DNA of 64,000 nucleotides from NCBI RefSeq assembly GCF_006345805.1, contig NC_043001.1:114018001-114082000 (forward strand), given 5' to 3'. Source of the DNA: Octopus sinensis (Eukaryota). The notes under the pieces are model-generated. The model saw only the letters and a list, made by a program, of their open reading frames with translations, ran no database searches and was not told the origin of the DNA. Made by a program: the position numbers and the translations under genes. Below are positions 39,424-51,466 of this stretch, in pieces. How positions within the stretch are numbered: the first letter of the stretch is position 1; the number at the start of each line of letters is the position of its first letter.

Positions 39424-41728
39424 GACTTTGCACAACTTCTAACGCTGAACATGTACTACGGTGCCAGTAAAATAAAATAACACCTTTTATATTTCGAGGA
39501 CCATCCGGAGTATTCGACTGGTTCGAAGCAGTGCAGTTTTCTGCAAGTTCTCCGCCCTTATTGCAGTCGCTATTTGTTTCATGAACTTCTCAAGATTTTT
39601 ACTCACCGTTCCCAGGGCTCATACAATTAATGGTACTATTACCACCTTTTTGCAGCGACCACAACTGCTTAACCTCCCAAACTAACCTGTTATAGCTATC
39701 GACTGTTCTTTCTTCTTTATTGCATACGTTGCTGTCAGCTGAGCATGCTGTTTCTATGATCCAGCATAGTTTGCTTTCTTTCTCAATTAACATTATGTCT
39801 AGTTTCCTATTCTCTATGCCATGGTCACACTGAATCATAAAATCCCATAGGATCTTTGCATTATCAATTTTCGATGATGCCTTCGGGTTAATATTCGTAC
39901 CACTTTTTTGCAGTTTTTGTCATCCATAGCCATCTTTTTTCTCTGTCTGTCTTATCTTCAACATCCTTATGAAATTGTCCATACATTCTTTTCTTTATCC
40001 ACCTATTTTCAGTTTCATTCATATTCAATTTCTTGTACAGTGCTTTATCTTTGCAATCTTCCATCCTACACAAATCTGACCTTCTTAATTCCAATAATAG
40101 CGGTTTTGGAATTTATTACATACCATGCTATGTTGTTTTCTTCTATTCTAATGCTGTGTTCGTATCCATCAGACCTCTTACACCTCTTTTTCTTGGTATA
40201 TGCAGTCTGTCTGTGTCAATTATTGGGTAGAGTATCGCATATCTAGTAAGCAACTTCCTTGTCTTTCTGTCTAAGCTGTTTAGTTCGTCTACTGTTCATG
40301 CGATTACCCTTTCTCCATATCTAAGGAGTGAAACCGCCCAGGTGTTGGTAGCTTCAATCTTTTTCTGTCCGTTTAATTTCGACTGAAGTATCAGTCTCAG
40401 TCTGCGCAAGTACTACACCTTAAACTTTTCTGTAATTTCTTTCTCCATCAATTTATTCATTTCCAATATCCCAAGTATTTATATCCCGTTACTTCTATTT
40501 GCTTCATAACCTCCCTCGACGGTGTCGATATCCCGTCCGTAAATTTAATTTTGCCTCTCTTCAAAACTAACACACCACACTTTTTCAGTCCGATCTACAT
40601 TCTGATATCAACACTCAAGGTATACACCATATCAACGAGGGAACTGACTTGGGATTCATCTTTACATTAAAGTTTGAGGTCATCCATGAATAACAAATGG
40701 TTGACTTTTTGTTAGCGGCTCTTGAATATATATCCAGCCTTTGCTTTCCTCAGAATGTTAGAGGTATCATGCACAGTACAACGATCATTGGGGATAGGCA
40801 GTCCCCTACGAAGATGCCCATCTTGATTTTTATTGTCAGTAAACTTCTTCCATATGCCATACTTTTTCCATACAATCCTTCATCATTCGATGCAATACCA
40901 AATAGGTTCATAAATTCCATAATCTAAGGATGTGGGATCATATCGTATGCTTTACGATAATCGTTCTATGGTACGACTATGTTAATTTTCCTCGTCTTGC
41001 AGTCTCGAAGTAGTTTTGTCTGCCAGGAGTTGATCCTTGGTACCCCTGCACTTATGCTTGCACACCTTATGGTCATGTGGCAAGAGCCCATTTCTTTCCA
41101 GTTGTTCGTACATTGACTCTGCAGCTCTTCCAGTCAATAATTTCCACACGAGTCGAAAGCAGGATACCGGCCTGTAATTGTCTACCGTTTTGCCTTTTTC
41201 GGTGTTTTTCAAACACAGCACTGTCCAACTCATTGTCAACTACTCTGGTTTTACTTGGTCGGTATTTAAGAAGGCGTTGAGTTGTGCAGCTATTCGAGCA
41301 TGATATTCTCCACATCTTTTGATCCTGTAGCCTTGAACTCTATCTGCCTTCTAGTTGCCCATTTTTTTTGCTGATTTCCTTCACTTCCCTAACTGAAATG
41401 AATAGTTTTGCCTTTCGTGGACAGACTACTGTGCATCCTTCTTGTGCTCCTTGTCTTTGCTCCAGATGTCACTCACACACCTTGACTTTTCAATGTTATC
41501 TGATAGCAATTTTTCATCTGTACACTCTCCATTTATTTCATTGAAGAGCCTCTTTTAATCTATGTTGAATACCCTGTTCTGCTGGTTACCCTTCATCCTT
41601 TGGTCGTATCATACCATCTTTGTTTTCTTTGCAACAAGGCGTAGTTTCAGTTCCTCCATTATCACCTTCAGGCCCTTTCTTTCAATATCATACTTCCTGT
41701 TCAGTACCCTGTAGTTTTGTTCGCTTTT
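39424..41728 (-). mobile_element. R4/Dong-like RLE non-LTR retrotransposon, 5'-truncated, 3' end intact, followed by (AAT)n
   Basis: Minus-strand motifs YRPVSC, GIFVGDCLSP, NHLLFMDDLKL (about 40680) and KILWDF..IQCDH..NRKLDI..CWIIETAC (RLE). Many stops; the CCHC region appears deleted. Confidence 0.92.
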
Positions 41729-41813
41729 ACTCGGAGGTGTTTCGGAACAAGTCGTCCATATTTCTTTCATTTTCTCCGTTTTGTGAGTTTGTGCATCCGT
41801 AGATTTCTACAAT

Positions 41814-41864
<51 letters not shown>

Positions 41865-42077
41865 ACACACACTCACACACAGATATACTCTTTTACTCTT
41901 TTACTTGTTTCAGTCATTTGACTGTGGCCATGCTGAAGCACCACCTTTAATCGAGCAACTCGACCCCGGGACTTATTCTATTGGTCTCTTTTGCCGAACC
42001 GCTAATTAACGGGGACATAAACACACCAGCATTGGTTGTCAAGCAATGCTAGGGGGACAAACACAAACACACACACG

Positions 42078-42117
<40 letters not shown>

Positions 42118-42680
42118 TACGACTGGCTTCTTTCAGTTTCTGTCTACCAAATCCACTCACAAGGCTTTGGTCAGCCCGAGGCTATAGTAGAAGAAACTTG
42201 CCCAAGTTACCACGCAGTGGGACTGAACCCGGAACCATGTGGCTGGTAAACAAGCTACTTACCACACAGCCACTCTTGCACCATAAAAAAGTTCAAACAG
42301 GGAATTATTCCATTCAATATCATGTTTATTATAGATATTATATTAAAAAAATCATACTTCACACTTCTATATTTAACTGTGCGTGTATATTCCTGATTTT
42401 TGCTTTTGGCGTCATCTGCCTTTCTATTAGAAACGTTTGCCTGGTAATTTACTTAAAGTGAAAAAAAACGAATTGTATGCAACAGATAAGTCGTCTCAAT
42501 AGTATATTTCTGTGTACCAGAACTTTAACTGTTATTTTTAGCATAACAAGTTTTCTGGTGAAGAATTCATTTGCCTTCATTGGCTGTTTGTTGCTTCAGT
42601 AGAAATCTACGGATGCACAAACGTACAAAACGGAGAAAATGCAACAACTATGGATGACTTGTTCCGAAACACCTCCGAGT
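41729..42680. repeat. Inverted repeat pair, 82-bp arms (41729-41810 and 42599-42680)
   Basis: actcggaggtgtttcggaacaagtc...catccgtagatttctac versus gtagaaatctacggatg...ccgaaacacctccgagt; about 6 mismatches. Confidence 0.9.
41887..42282 (-). mobile_element. tRNA-derived SINE family B, full length
   Basis: Head ggtgcaagagtggctgtgtggtaag. Central gccttgtgagtggatttggtagacagaaactgaaagaagcc resembles the Deu/Nin domain as recalled. Tail gtaaaagagtaaaagag. Confidence 0.9.
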
Positions 42681-44277
42681 GGGGAACAGTTCTTAAAAAT
42701 AACCCCAATTATTTTCCCCACAAATTCCCATATGCTCGGAATCTACATAGTCCGAGTTATATTTGTAGAGAATCTCATTAAAAAATATTCTATTTTATTG
42801 AAAGTTGACACGAATTGAAGTGGAATCCGGTGAATTTTCTGAAATTCCCCACTCACCCTCTTCTAAAATACTTTGCCCTACAAAATTTTGTATTTCCAGA
42901 ATCTACATGATATAATACATATTCGTAGAAAATTTCATTAAAAAATTACGAATTTTATGAAAGTTATGATCATCAAAATTCGGTAGGGGCAGAAATCTGT
43001 AGTTATGCTAAGTACGCTATATACGTTTCTTAGCTCATAATGCAATTTTATTGCAAATAACACAACTCAACATAGCTAAGCATCAAGCTAGGATGACTTT
43101 AAAGAAGTTTACATTGACACACAGAATTAAATTCACCACTGTGCTGTGGCTGACTTAGAAATTGCGTGCAACAATGTAATCGTGAAAATTCGTGTTGTTT
43201 GTTAGGAAGATACCATAGTGATTTTCAGTTGTTGTCTGCCGATTTCTATAGTTTAATCTTCTATATTCCCGCTCTCAAAAACTTGACCATGAAGCACAGG
43301 TCATTTAAACTGTTAGACAAAAAGACTATTTCAAGTGCTATCAGGACATAACTACACACGGGGGTCACACATATTCTGTGGCCAGGAGTTCTCCATGCCC
43401 TGGTTTCATCAACTCCAGAATCATCTTCTGCAACTTGAGCCAAAACTAAATCTCATCACATGCGATACCACAACAGGCTAGAGAAATCCAAGCAGCAAAA
43501 GTGTTGTTTCATTCTCTTCAAAACACCTAAATTTATCAGTAAAGGTTTAATTTCTTATCCTGAAAAATTTGTACTGTATATAAGATCAACTGTTCATATT
43601 AAAATCGTTTCTTAGTGTGGTGTTATATTTTTAAACATTCCTGCAATTGTGCAAGGTGTATTTGTTTACTTATTGCTCAAATAACCCCAAGCGATCTAAT
43701 TTTCTCAGTTCACTTGTTTGTGAGATTCTATCATACAGAAGCATACGGAATTCTCTATTGGCTTGTTGTTCGATTAGTTGATATACTAGAACGGACTGTT
43801 TTTGGCTCCTATTATCCGTAGTACAGATATATTAAGTGTATGTTCAATTTCGTTCCTGAATTGTTCCTTATACTCCACTTTACAGAACGATTTACATTTT
43901 TCTGACAGCATCTGATATTGTCGTTTCTGGAAGCATTGATCCCGAGCTACAACTATAAACCTTTCTGATTTAATTTTTAATTTCCTGCTTGTCAACCGCA
44001 AGTGATTGTCGCAGTTAGAAATATTAATCTATGTAAGATATTATCCACGAAGTAGCATAGTTTCCATTCTACCCTTTGTAATATTTCCCTTGAAATCCTT
44101 TTTTTTTTCTTTTTATTTTCTATTTCTACTTTATATCTTGTGACATTCGCTTTTTTGTGTATGTTAGTCCTTTCTCCAGGTTTAGCTTTCAGCCTTGAAT
44201 AAATAATGTTGCTACTTTGTAGGAAATACATGGAGTGCTCCATGCACATATATACATAGATGCATGTGTGTATATAA

Positions 44278-44335
<58 letters not shown>

Positions 44336-44371
44336 TATATATAGATATATATATATATATAATATATATAT

Positions 44372-44424
<53 letters not shown>

Positions 44425-45682
44425 TGTACAAACACATATACATATATATATATATACTCACACACCTATGAATACAGAAGTGCATATATATATATATATA
44501 TATATATACATATGTATATATGTGTGTGTGTGTGTTTGTATGTGTCCGTGCGTGTGTGGATCAAGAGTGGAAAGAAGTTTTACGGTTACATACTATTTGC
44601 AGAATCTTTGATTTCTTTGAAGCACTGTTTATTACATTCCAAATGCGGCTGTTTTTCTACTTGGATTCTACATGTGCTAGTCACTTGCCTTGAAATTGTC
44701 TTTTTATGTTTCGCCGATTGTTCTGTATATAGGGAGAAAATCCTTGTATTAGTATGCAATCTTCAAGTTTCACCGATTCTTCCTCCAATTTATGATGTTA
44801 AAACTATTTTATGGTGCAAGCATTTATGACGCAATTTACTTATATTTGTTTTTGGACTCAGTTCTCTTCTCAACACTAAATTCTCTCGATGTTTTTGTTG
44901 TTCATGAAGTGCCATTTGCATTGTACTTTATTGGATTTGGCTTACTTCCAATTTTCCAATACTTCCATTGCTTGAAGTTTTCTTAATGCCTCGTCTGCTC
45001 CATTGCAAAACATTTCTGTTCTTTTTTGTTTTGCAATTTTTTTTGCACGTGTAAATCTGACAAACAACTTCAAATCCATCCATGGAGATAGCTTGACTTC
45101 TTCCGTTCTTAAATATATAAATAATTCGCTCAACGTTATAAGAGGCTCGCAAAAATAGAGGCGTGATTCAAGCTACTTAGATGCTTACAGTTTTATTTTT
45201 TGTTTCTTGTTATAAATGCCCTGTGTAGGAACGATAAAATCAACTTCGAATTCCGTTTTCCCATACTATGCCTCAGGAATTTTATTATTCTCGGTTCGAT
45301 GTTATGGATGCTCAAGATTTTCATTATCCAGATATAGGTATATTGTCGTATACCTAGATTAATGTATCCGAGCTATTAATAAATGCTGCATTCTTTACAT
45401 GTAATATTTCTGAGTTGGCTTTACTGGGGTGCTTTATTATCATTCTTCGTTCTATCGTCCATGGATCGAGAAATACATAGTATTCTTTCTTACATAAAAT
45501 AGCTAAGCATATCTTGGAAAACAAACATAAAAATATCAAATTATTATATATGCTATGAGAATGCCTTAAATGTATTTATTTCACATAACGCTACTATTTT
45601 CTTGATAATATTACTATTATAGTAATTATAATAATAATTATAATAATATTACCATTATAGTAATATAATAGTAATTATAGAT

Positions 45683-46130
45683 AGCTGGAGGAGATGTTCT
45701 CCTGGGGCTACAAGCTACAGTAAGACCCACCCTTAGTGGTTAGCGATATTGAGATGGCAAATATACTTCACATTGTCGTGCAGTTACTGTTTATACCTCG
45801 TTCAGAGATTTATTATTGATTGTATACACTTTTTCAAGATCAGTGACAAAAAGTTACTGGAAAATGATATTAATATTTGCATTGGGAACTCCTTTAATCG
45901 AAAACCGGTGATTGTCGTAAGCTGATGACGAGCAATACCCAGAAACTGCAGTCCGTGCGTATCACTTAGGTTGACGAGGGAAGGATGACCTCCCTTTGCA
46001 AATACCGATAGGGCACAGAAGGTGTGCCTGTAGCCAGCTGGAGGAGATGTTCTCCTGGGGCTACAAGCTACAGTAACACCTACCCTTAGCGGTTAGCCAT
46101 ATTGAGATGGCAAATATACCTCATATATTG
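45683..46130 (+). mobile_element. Retrozyme-like element: 353-nt unit plus about 93-nt terminal redundancy, containing a hammerhead fold
   Basis: agctggaggagatgttctcctggggctacaagctacagtaa...gagatggcaaatatac is repeated at 45683 and 46036. Internal HHR fold and several short hairpins. Confidence 0.6.
45908..45965 (+). ncRNA. Type I hammerhead ribozyme fold, helix II damaged
   Basis: CTGATGA 45922-45928; GAAA 45942-45945; palindromic helix III ACTGCAGT; GTC triplet ending at 45953. Helix I cgtaag/cgtgcg pairs at 5/6, with extension gtgat/atcac. Helix II cgag/ccca pairs at only 2/4. Confidence 0.6.
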
Positions 46131-46429
46131 CTTATATTACTATAATTATAAATATTTTGTCAATCAAATCTTTACAAAATTAGTTGTATATTATTTATTA
46201 TTTATGTACTAACATGAGGGATCTTGCATAGATTATTTAACTGCAATCACGGTTCTGTTACAGGTAGACATAATGATTTGGCTTCTCAGCTACTTTTCTC
46301 AAAACGTTACACTCATTGGGTGTAGCACTGACTCCTATAATTATTTCTTTCATAAAATAGCACTGATTCGCCATGCCATATCTGGCGTTATTTCTGTATA
46401 TTATATGTAGTTCTGTAGAATTACTACAT

Positions 46430-46808
46430 ACTCTTTTACTTCTTTCAGTCATCTGGCTGCGACCATGCTGGAGCATCGCCTTTAGTCGAACAAATCGACC
46501 CCATGACTTATTCTTTGTAAGTCTATTACTTATTCTATTTGTTCTTTCGCCGAACCACCAAGTTACGGGGACGTAAACACACCAGCATTGGTTGTCAAGC
46601 GATGTTGAGGAACAAACACAGAGACACAAACACACACATATATACACATATACATATATACGACGGGCTTCTTTCAGTTTCTGTTTACCAAATCCACACA
46701 CAAGGCTTTGACCGGCCCGAGGCTATAGTAGAAGGCACTTGCCCAAGGTGCCATGCAGTGGGACTGAACCCGGAACAATGTGGCTGGTAAGCAAGCTACT
46801 TACCACAC
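46430..46808 (-). mobile_element. SINE family B, slightly 5'-truncated
   Basis: Matches the other family B copies. Confidence 0.9.
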
Positions 46809-47419
46809 ATTTTAATATTTTCCCACAATTTCGTTTTGCAGAGTATTTATACTTGTTTTAACACCAATGTTATGAATGGTGAGTGGCCATACATTCATTT
46901 TCCATAACACAATTTTAGCCTTCCAACTTTGTTGTTTTGTGTGAAGTTTTCTTCGAGTTACAGTAAAGAACTTCAACGAATGAATGATTGCATGACTTTC
47001 CATTATTCAACTTTGCGTTCTTAGACCATTGACATCGATCAGTTAACTGAAAATAGATAGGGTTTTATGCACGCTGATAAAACGGACAAGTTGGTACTCT
47101 CTGCATGCTACAGATTACATGTATATCATTAATTCATGGTACGGCTCCTAAAGACTACCTAAGACAAAAGAAAATTACGTGTGTGTGTTTGCGCTTGTGT
47201 GTGTGTATGTATATAAAAATATGTGAATATATAGAGAGAGAAAGAAAGAAAGAAAGGAAGAAGGAAAGAGGGGGATGGAGAAAGGTTAATCCAAGAATAT
47301 ATCCACAGTTTAATCGCTAACTCAATTTATATGGCCTTTTAGATTTAACACATCAGAAATAATAAAGAGAGCATGACTAAGCTTTTAAAAAAAGGAAATT
47401 GACCCTAGTTGCTTCTGGG

Positions 47420-47935
47420 AGTTTGAACACGCAATCGAATTAGAAAGACAATTTAAGAGGGAGTTTCAGATAGATCCAACTATGTGACTTATGATCATTT
47501 GCATCAGAGATAAGTTGAAGCATAATAGAACCGTTTGAAGCAGATGGAGATGTCCACAAGATATATTCTGGATAAACTTGCTAATCGACAAATCTTACAA
47601 AGGACGAAAGCAAGTCAGGAAATAGCAATTTCAAAGTCAAATATCCATTGCACTTTCAAGCGCTGTTATTGGAAAAGTTCTATTCGTACAATTAACCATG
47701 CCCTCGATAAATATTTTACGGATGATGTGTGAAATTTTCTACTTGGTATTTGGTAAAATGTGTAGGGGATGCGGACATTCCCACAAAGATTATCTTGAGT
47801 GACGGGACTACAATTACATTAATGGCTCAACTAACCGCCATAGTGACACATACTGGTGGTATGAAAATATGTATATTATGGAAGAACATCATGTTAATTT
47901 TCTAGGAGTTACAGAACGGTGCACCTTGCTATTAT
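47420..47935 (+). pseudogene. Decayed Tc1/mariner-superfamily transposase fragment (resembles DD37D/maT type)
   Basis: RQFKREFQ, IRDK..FEADGDVH, ASQEIAISKSNIHCTFKRCYWK and LSDGTTITLNGSTNRHSDTYWWYEN parallel the SDEA-x-F-x-LNG-x-VN-x-HNC-x-YW-x-x-ENP motif. Confidence 0.7.
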
Positions 47936-48179
47936 GAAAAAGATTAACTGGACAACACATTTTCCACATTTCTACGACAGGTCCCATAAACTTGAACTTG
48001 CTGCACTGATCTGTCATCCTCAGTTTTCCAGAGTATTTGAAAGACAGGACACCCATGAACTACCATAGTAATCTAAAGGCTTACCTTCGTTAAGAAAAAA
48101 ATATGGATAAGACATATATGTATGTATACACACATATATATATGTATATATATATGTAAACAGTAAAAAATAAATACAG

Positions 48180-48285
48180 ACATGGACAAGAACATGAAAC
48201 ACCAAAGACACGACACAAGAACCACAGGACGGGACATTCGAAGCCCTCAGTCATCAGTCAAGAACCAGATCATCTTGAGCCGAAT
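48180..48285 (-). mobile_element. Possible Penelope-like pLTR fragment
   Basis: Minus strand gatgatctggttcttgactgatgactgagggcttcgaatgtcccgtcctgtggttcttgtgtcg followed by (TA)-rich sequence; layout similar to the other pLTR-like pieces. Confidence 0.35.
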
Positions 48286-48507
48286 CTATATATATATAGA
48301 AAATAGTAAAAAGTGAAAAAACTACAGAAGGCTTGTTTTAAAAGGTTAAAAAATATATATTTGAGTCAATATGTCTGAAGAATATTATAAATTTTTTTAA
48401 TGACATAGTTTAGAAGAAATGGCCGGTTTCGCGTTTAGCTTTTCAAATTTCTTACGTCGTTATGTTTATGTTGAGGAGAGTTATCGTTATGTTTATGTTG
48501 AAAAGAG

Positions 48508-48596
<89 letters not shown>

Positions 48597-48601
<5 letters not shown>

Positions 48602-48824
48602 CTTTATTGCCCACAAGGATCTAAACATAGAAGGGACAAACAAGGACAGACAAAGGGATTAAATCGGTTACATCGACCCCAGTGCATGACTGGTACTTTA
48701 TTTATCGACCCCGAAAGGATGAAAGGCAAAGTGGACCTGGGCGGAATTTGAACTCAGAACGTAACGGCAGACGAAATACCGCTCAGCATTTCGCCCGGCG
48801 TGCTAATAGTTCTGCCAGCTCACC
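48597..48824 (-). mobile_element. SINE family A, full length
   Basis: Family A sequence; head-to-head with a family B copy. Confidence 0.9.
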
Positions 48825-48985
48825 GAGGCGCAAGAGTGACTGGGTGGTAATAAGCTTGCTTCCCAGCGACATGGGTCCGGGTTCAGTCCCACTGCGTTGC
48901 ACCTCGTGCAAGTGTCTCCTACTATAGCCACGGACAGAACAAAGCATTATGAGTGAATTTTGTAGACGGAAACTGAAAGAAGCCC
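48825..48985 (+). mobile_element. SINE family B, 5' half, diverged
   Basis: ggcgcaagagtgactgggtggtaa...gtagacggaaactgaaagaagccc. Confidence 0.85.
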
Positions 48986-49447
48986 AAGAAATCAACAAAA
49001 GATTAATTTTGATCCCATATTGCCTGCAATGACCTGTGGCAAAAGAAATGATTTCTCGTGAGTACAGTATAAATTTCCCATGTGATTTTATTGAATATAT
49101 ACGCACAGATAAAAGCTTCCTGCGAGATAATTAAATTCATAGAGCACTCAGAATTTATACAGAGTCTTTTGACTTCACACTGATATATCTCTGTTGAAAA
49201 CTCTCTCTGTAAAACTAACGGCCAAATATAAAAGTCTATAAGTATCAAACTATCACAGAATTTCGCAAAAATCAAACACCCTTCACTTTCGAACTACAAA
49301 TTTCCTCATCAAAGCAAAAAGTTCTGCACTATCATACACATATCATATACATATTTTATCTTGATGCATCTGTAAATATTTATCTCCGATACAAATACAA
49401 TCTACACTAATTCTTCACTATTGTAGCATACGTTTCTACACAACATA

Positions 49448-49633
49448 GGCGTAGGAGTGGATGTGTGGTAAGTTGCTTGTTTACCAACCACATGGTTCCG
49501 GGTTCAGTCCCACTGCGTGGCACCTTCCGCAAGTGTCTTCTACTATAGCCTCGGGCCGACCAAAGCCTTGTGAGTGGATTTGGTAGACGGAAATTGAAAG
49601 AAGCTCGTCGTACATATATTTATATATGTATAC

Positions 49634-49666
<33 letters not shown>

Positions 49667-49955
49667 TGTATGTATGTATGTATGTATGTATGTATGTATG
49701 TACGTATATATGTATGTATGTATATATGTATGTGTGTGTGTATACGTTTGTGTGTCTGTGTTTGTGTCCCCAACATCATTTGACAACCGATGCTGGTGTG
49801 TTTACGTCCCCGTAAACTAGCGGTTCGGCAAAGGAGTTCGACAGAATATGTACTAGGCTTCCAAAGGATATGTCCTGTGCTCGATTTGTTCGAACAAAGG
49901 CAGTGCTCCGGTATGGCCGCAGTCAAATGACTGAAACAAGTAAAAGAATAAAAGA
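49448..49955 (+). mobile_element. SINE family B, full length, with internal (TATG)n expansion
   Basis: Family B head, central domain and tail all present. Confidence 0.92.
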
Positions 49956-50020
49956 ACTAAGCACTAACGCAATGAGTAATCAATAATTTGCAAACAAATA
50001 TATTAAGAAAAAACTCTAAG

Positions 50021-51286
50021 ATGACTACTCAACAACAAAAATCTAAACAAAATTGGTCTGAGAATGAAATAGAGCTTCTGACAAATTCATGGTACTGTCT
50101 TGCCCAAACGGAGAAAATTGGCACATCCTGCCGCGATCGAATAGCCTGACGTACAATTCAACTTTTCAGAAACCGCTCCGAGAAGCAAATTCAAAACAAA
50201 CAAATTGAAATGGCATTTAAATTAATTAATGGACATTTTGAAAAACTCCAACGTGTTTTCCCTTCAAATACTGGTCAACACCACCAACAACAACCTATTT
50301 CTTTATTACCCACAAGGAGCTAAACACAGAGCGGACAAACAAGGACAGACATAGGTATTAAGTCGATTACATCGACCCCAGTGCGTAACTGGTACTTAAT
50401 TTATCGACCCCGAAAGGATGAAAGGCAAAGTCGACCTCGGCGGAATTTGAACTCACAACGTAACGCAGACGAAATACCGCTAAGCATTTCGCCCGGCGTG
50501 CTAACATTTCTGCCAGCTCGCCAACCACCATCACGGCAACAACAGCAACCACCTCGGCAACAACAACAGCCAATACATCAACAACAACAATCACAGGAAC
50601 AACAACAACTACCTCAGCAAAAACAACAACAATCACCACAACAACAACAACCACAGCAGGAACAACTGACCTAGCCTCAACCTTTAACACTCCTTAATTC
50701 AACCACAATTGATGACCTACTTAATGAAACGGTCAACTTCTCAGATTCCAGCTGTTCACAGCCCATTCAACCAGAGTTTGTTACTCACCCATTAAATCTT
50801 CAACAGCAGCAATAATTTCAGCAACAAGAATCACAGCACCAACAACTACAGCTACAACAACAACCTCAAAAGCAGAGACAGACGCAGCTTCAACCTACAA
50901 TTATCCCTATTTGCGATCGACCAACTCAACGCTTACTTGAAGACCTCTTAATGAATGTACCAAACACAAATGTACACAAATTAAAATCTATGCCTCTCAC
51001 AGCCTACTCAGGAAACCCCAAAATATGCCGCTAGTCACTACGCAAAAGGCTGTGCACCAACACTGATTGCAAATTCACTCATTTACCAGGGACTAGACGG
51101 TCAATTCCTACTCACAACAGCCGCTACCATCAAAGTGCACAAATAAAACAACGCCACTACAACCACTACCACCCCTCACCAAATACTAACTCAAATTCTT
51201 TAAAAAGGCACATGTTACACGGAACCCTAGAGTCTGCCGCTATTCCCAGCGTAACACTCCTTCTAACATCACTTCACCTACGCTGA
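50021..51286 (+). pseudogene. Decayed ORF: Myb/SANT-like helix domain, Gln-rich linker, CCCH zinc finger(s); interrupted by a SINE
   Basis: Removing the SINE and one caacc TSD joins 50021-50295 to 50527-51286 in one frame of 344 codons with four point-nonsense stops. Contains WSENEIELL..SWY...RSEKQIQNK and CR*SLRKRLCTNTDCKFTH (C-x8-C-x4-C-x3-H). Confidence 0.7.
50296..50522 (-). mobile_element. SINE family A inserted into the polyQ-coding region
   Basis: Family A sequence; caacc on both sides (50291-50295 and 50522-50526). Confidence 0.92.
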
Positions 51287-51390
51287 CACATCTTTGCCTT
51301 TCAATCTTACTATCTTCTCTTAACTTTATTCGTCTCCATTTCTTTCGTCATTGCACTTCAGTGGCACAGAAAATTATATATATATATATA

Positions 51391-51466
<76 letters not shown>

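Noticed and set aside
42690-43010. Repeat-like segment with a ~70-bp diverged internal direct repeat
   Set aside because: Identity is only about 65%, and there are no termini or motifs allowing classification.
48215-48275. CTGATGA on the minus strand of a pLTR-like fragment
   Set aside because: Followed by GAAT rather than GAAA, with no helix II or helix I pairing.
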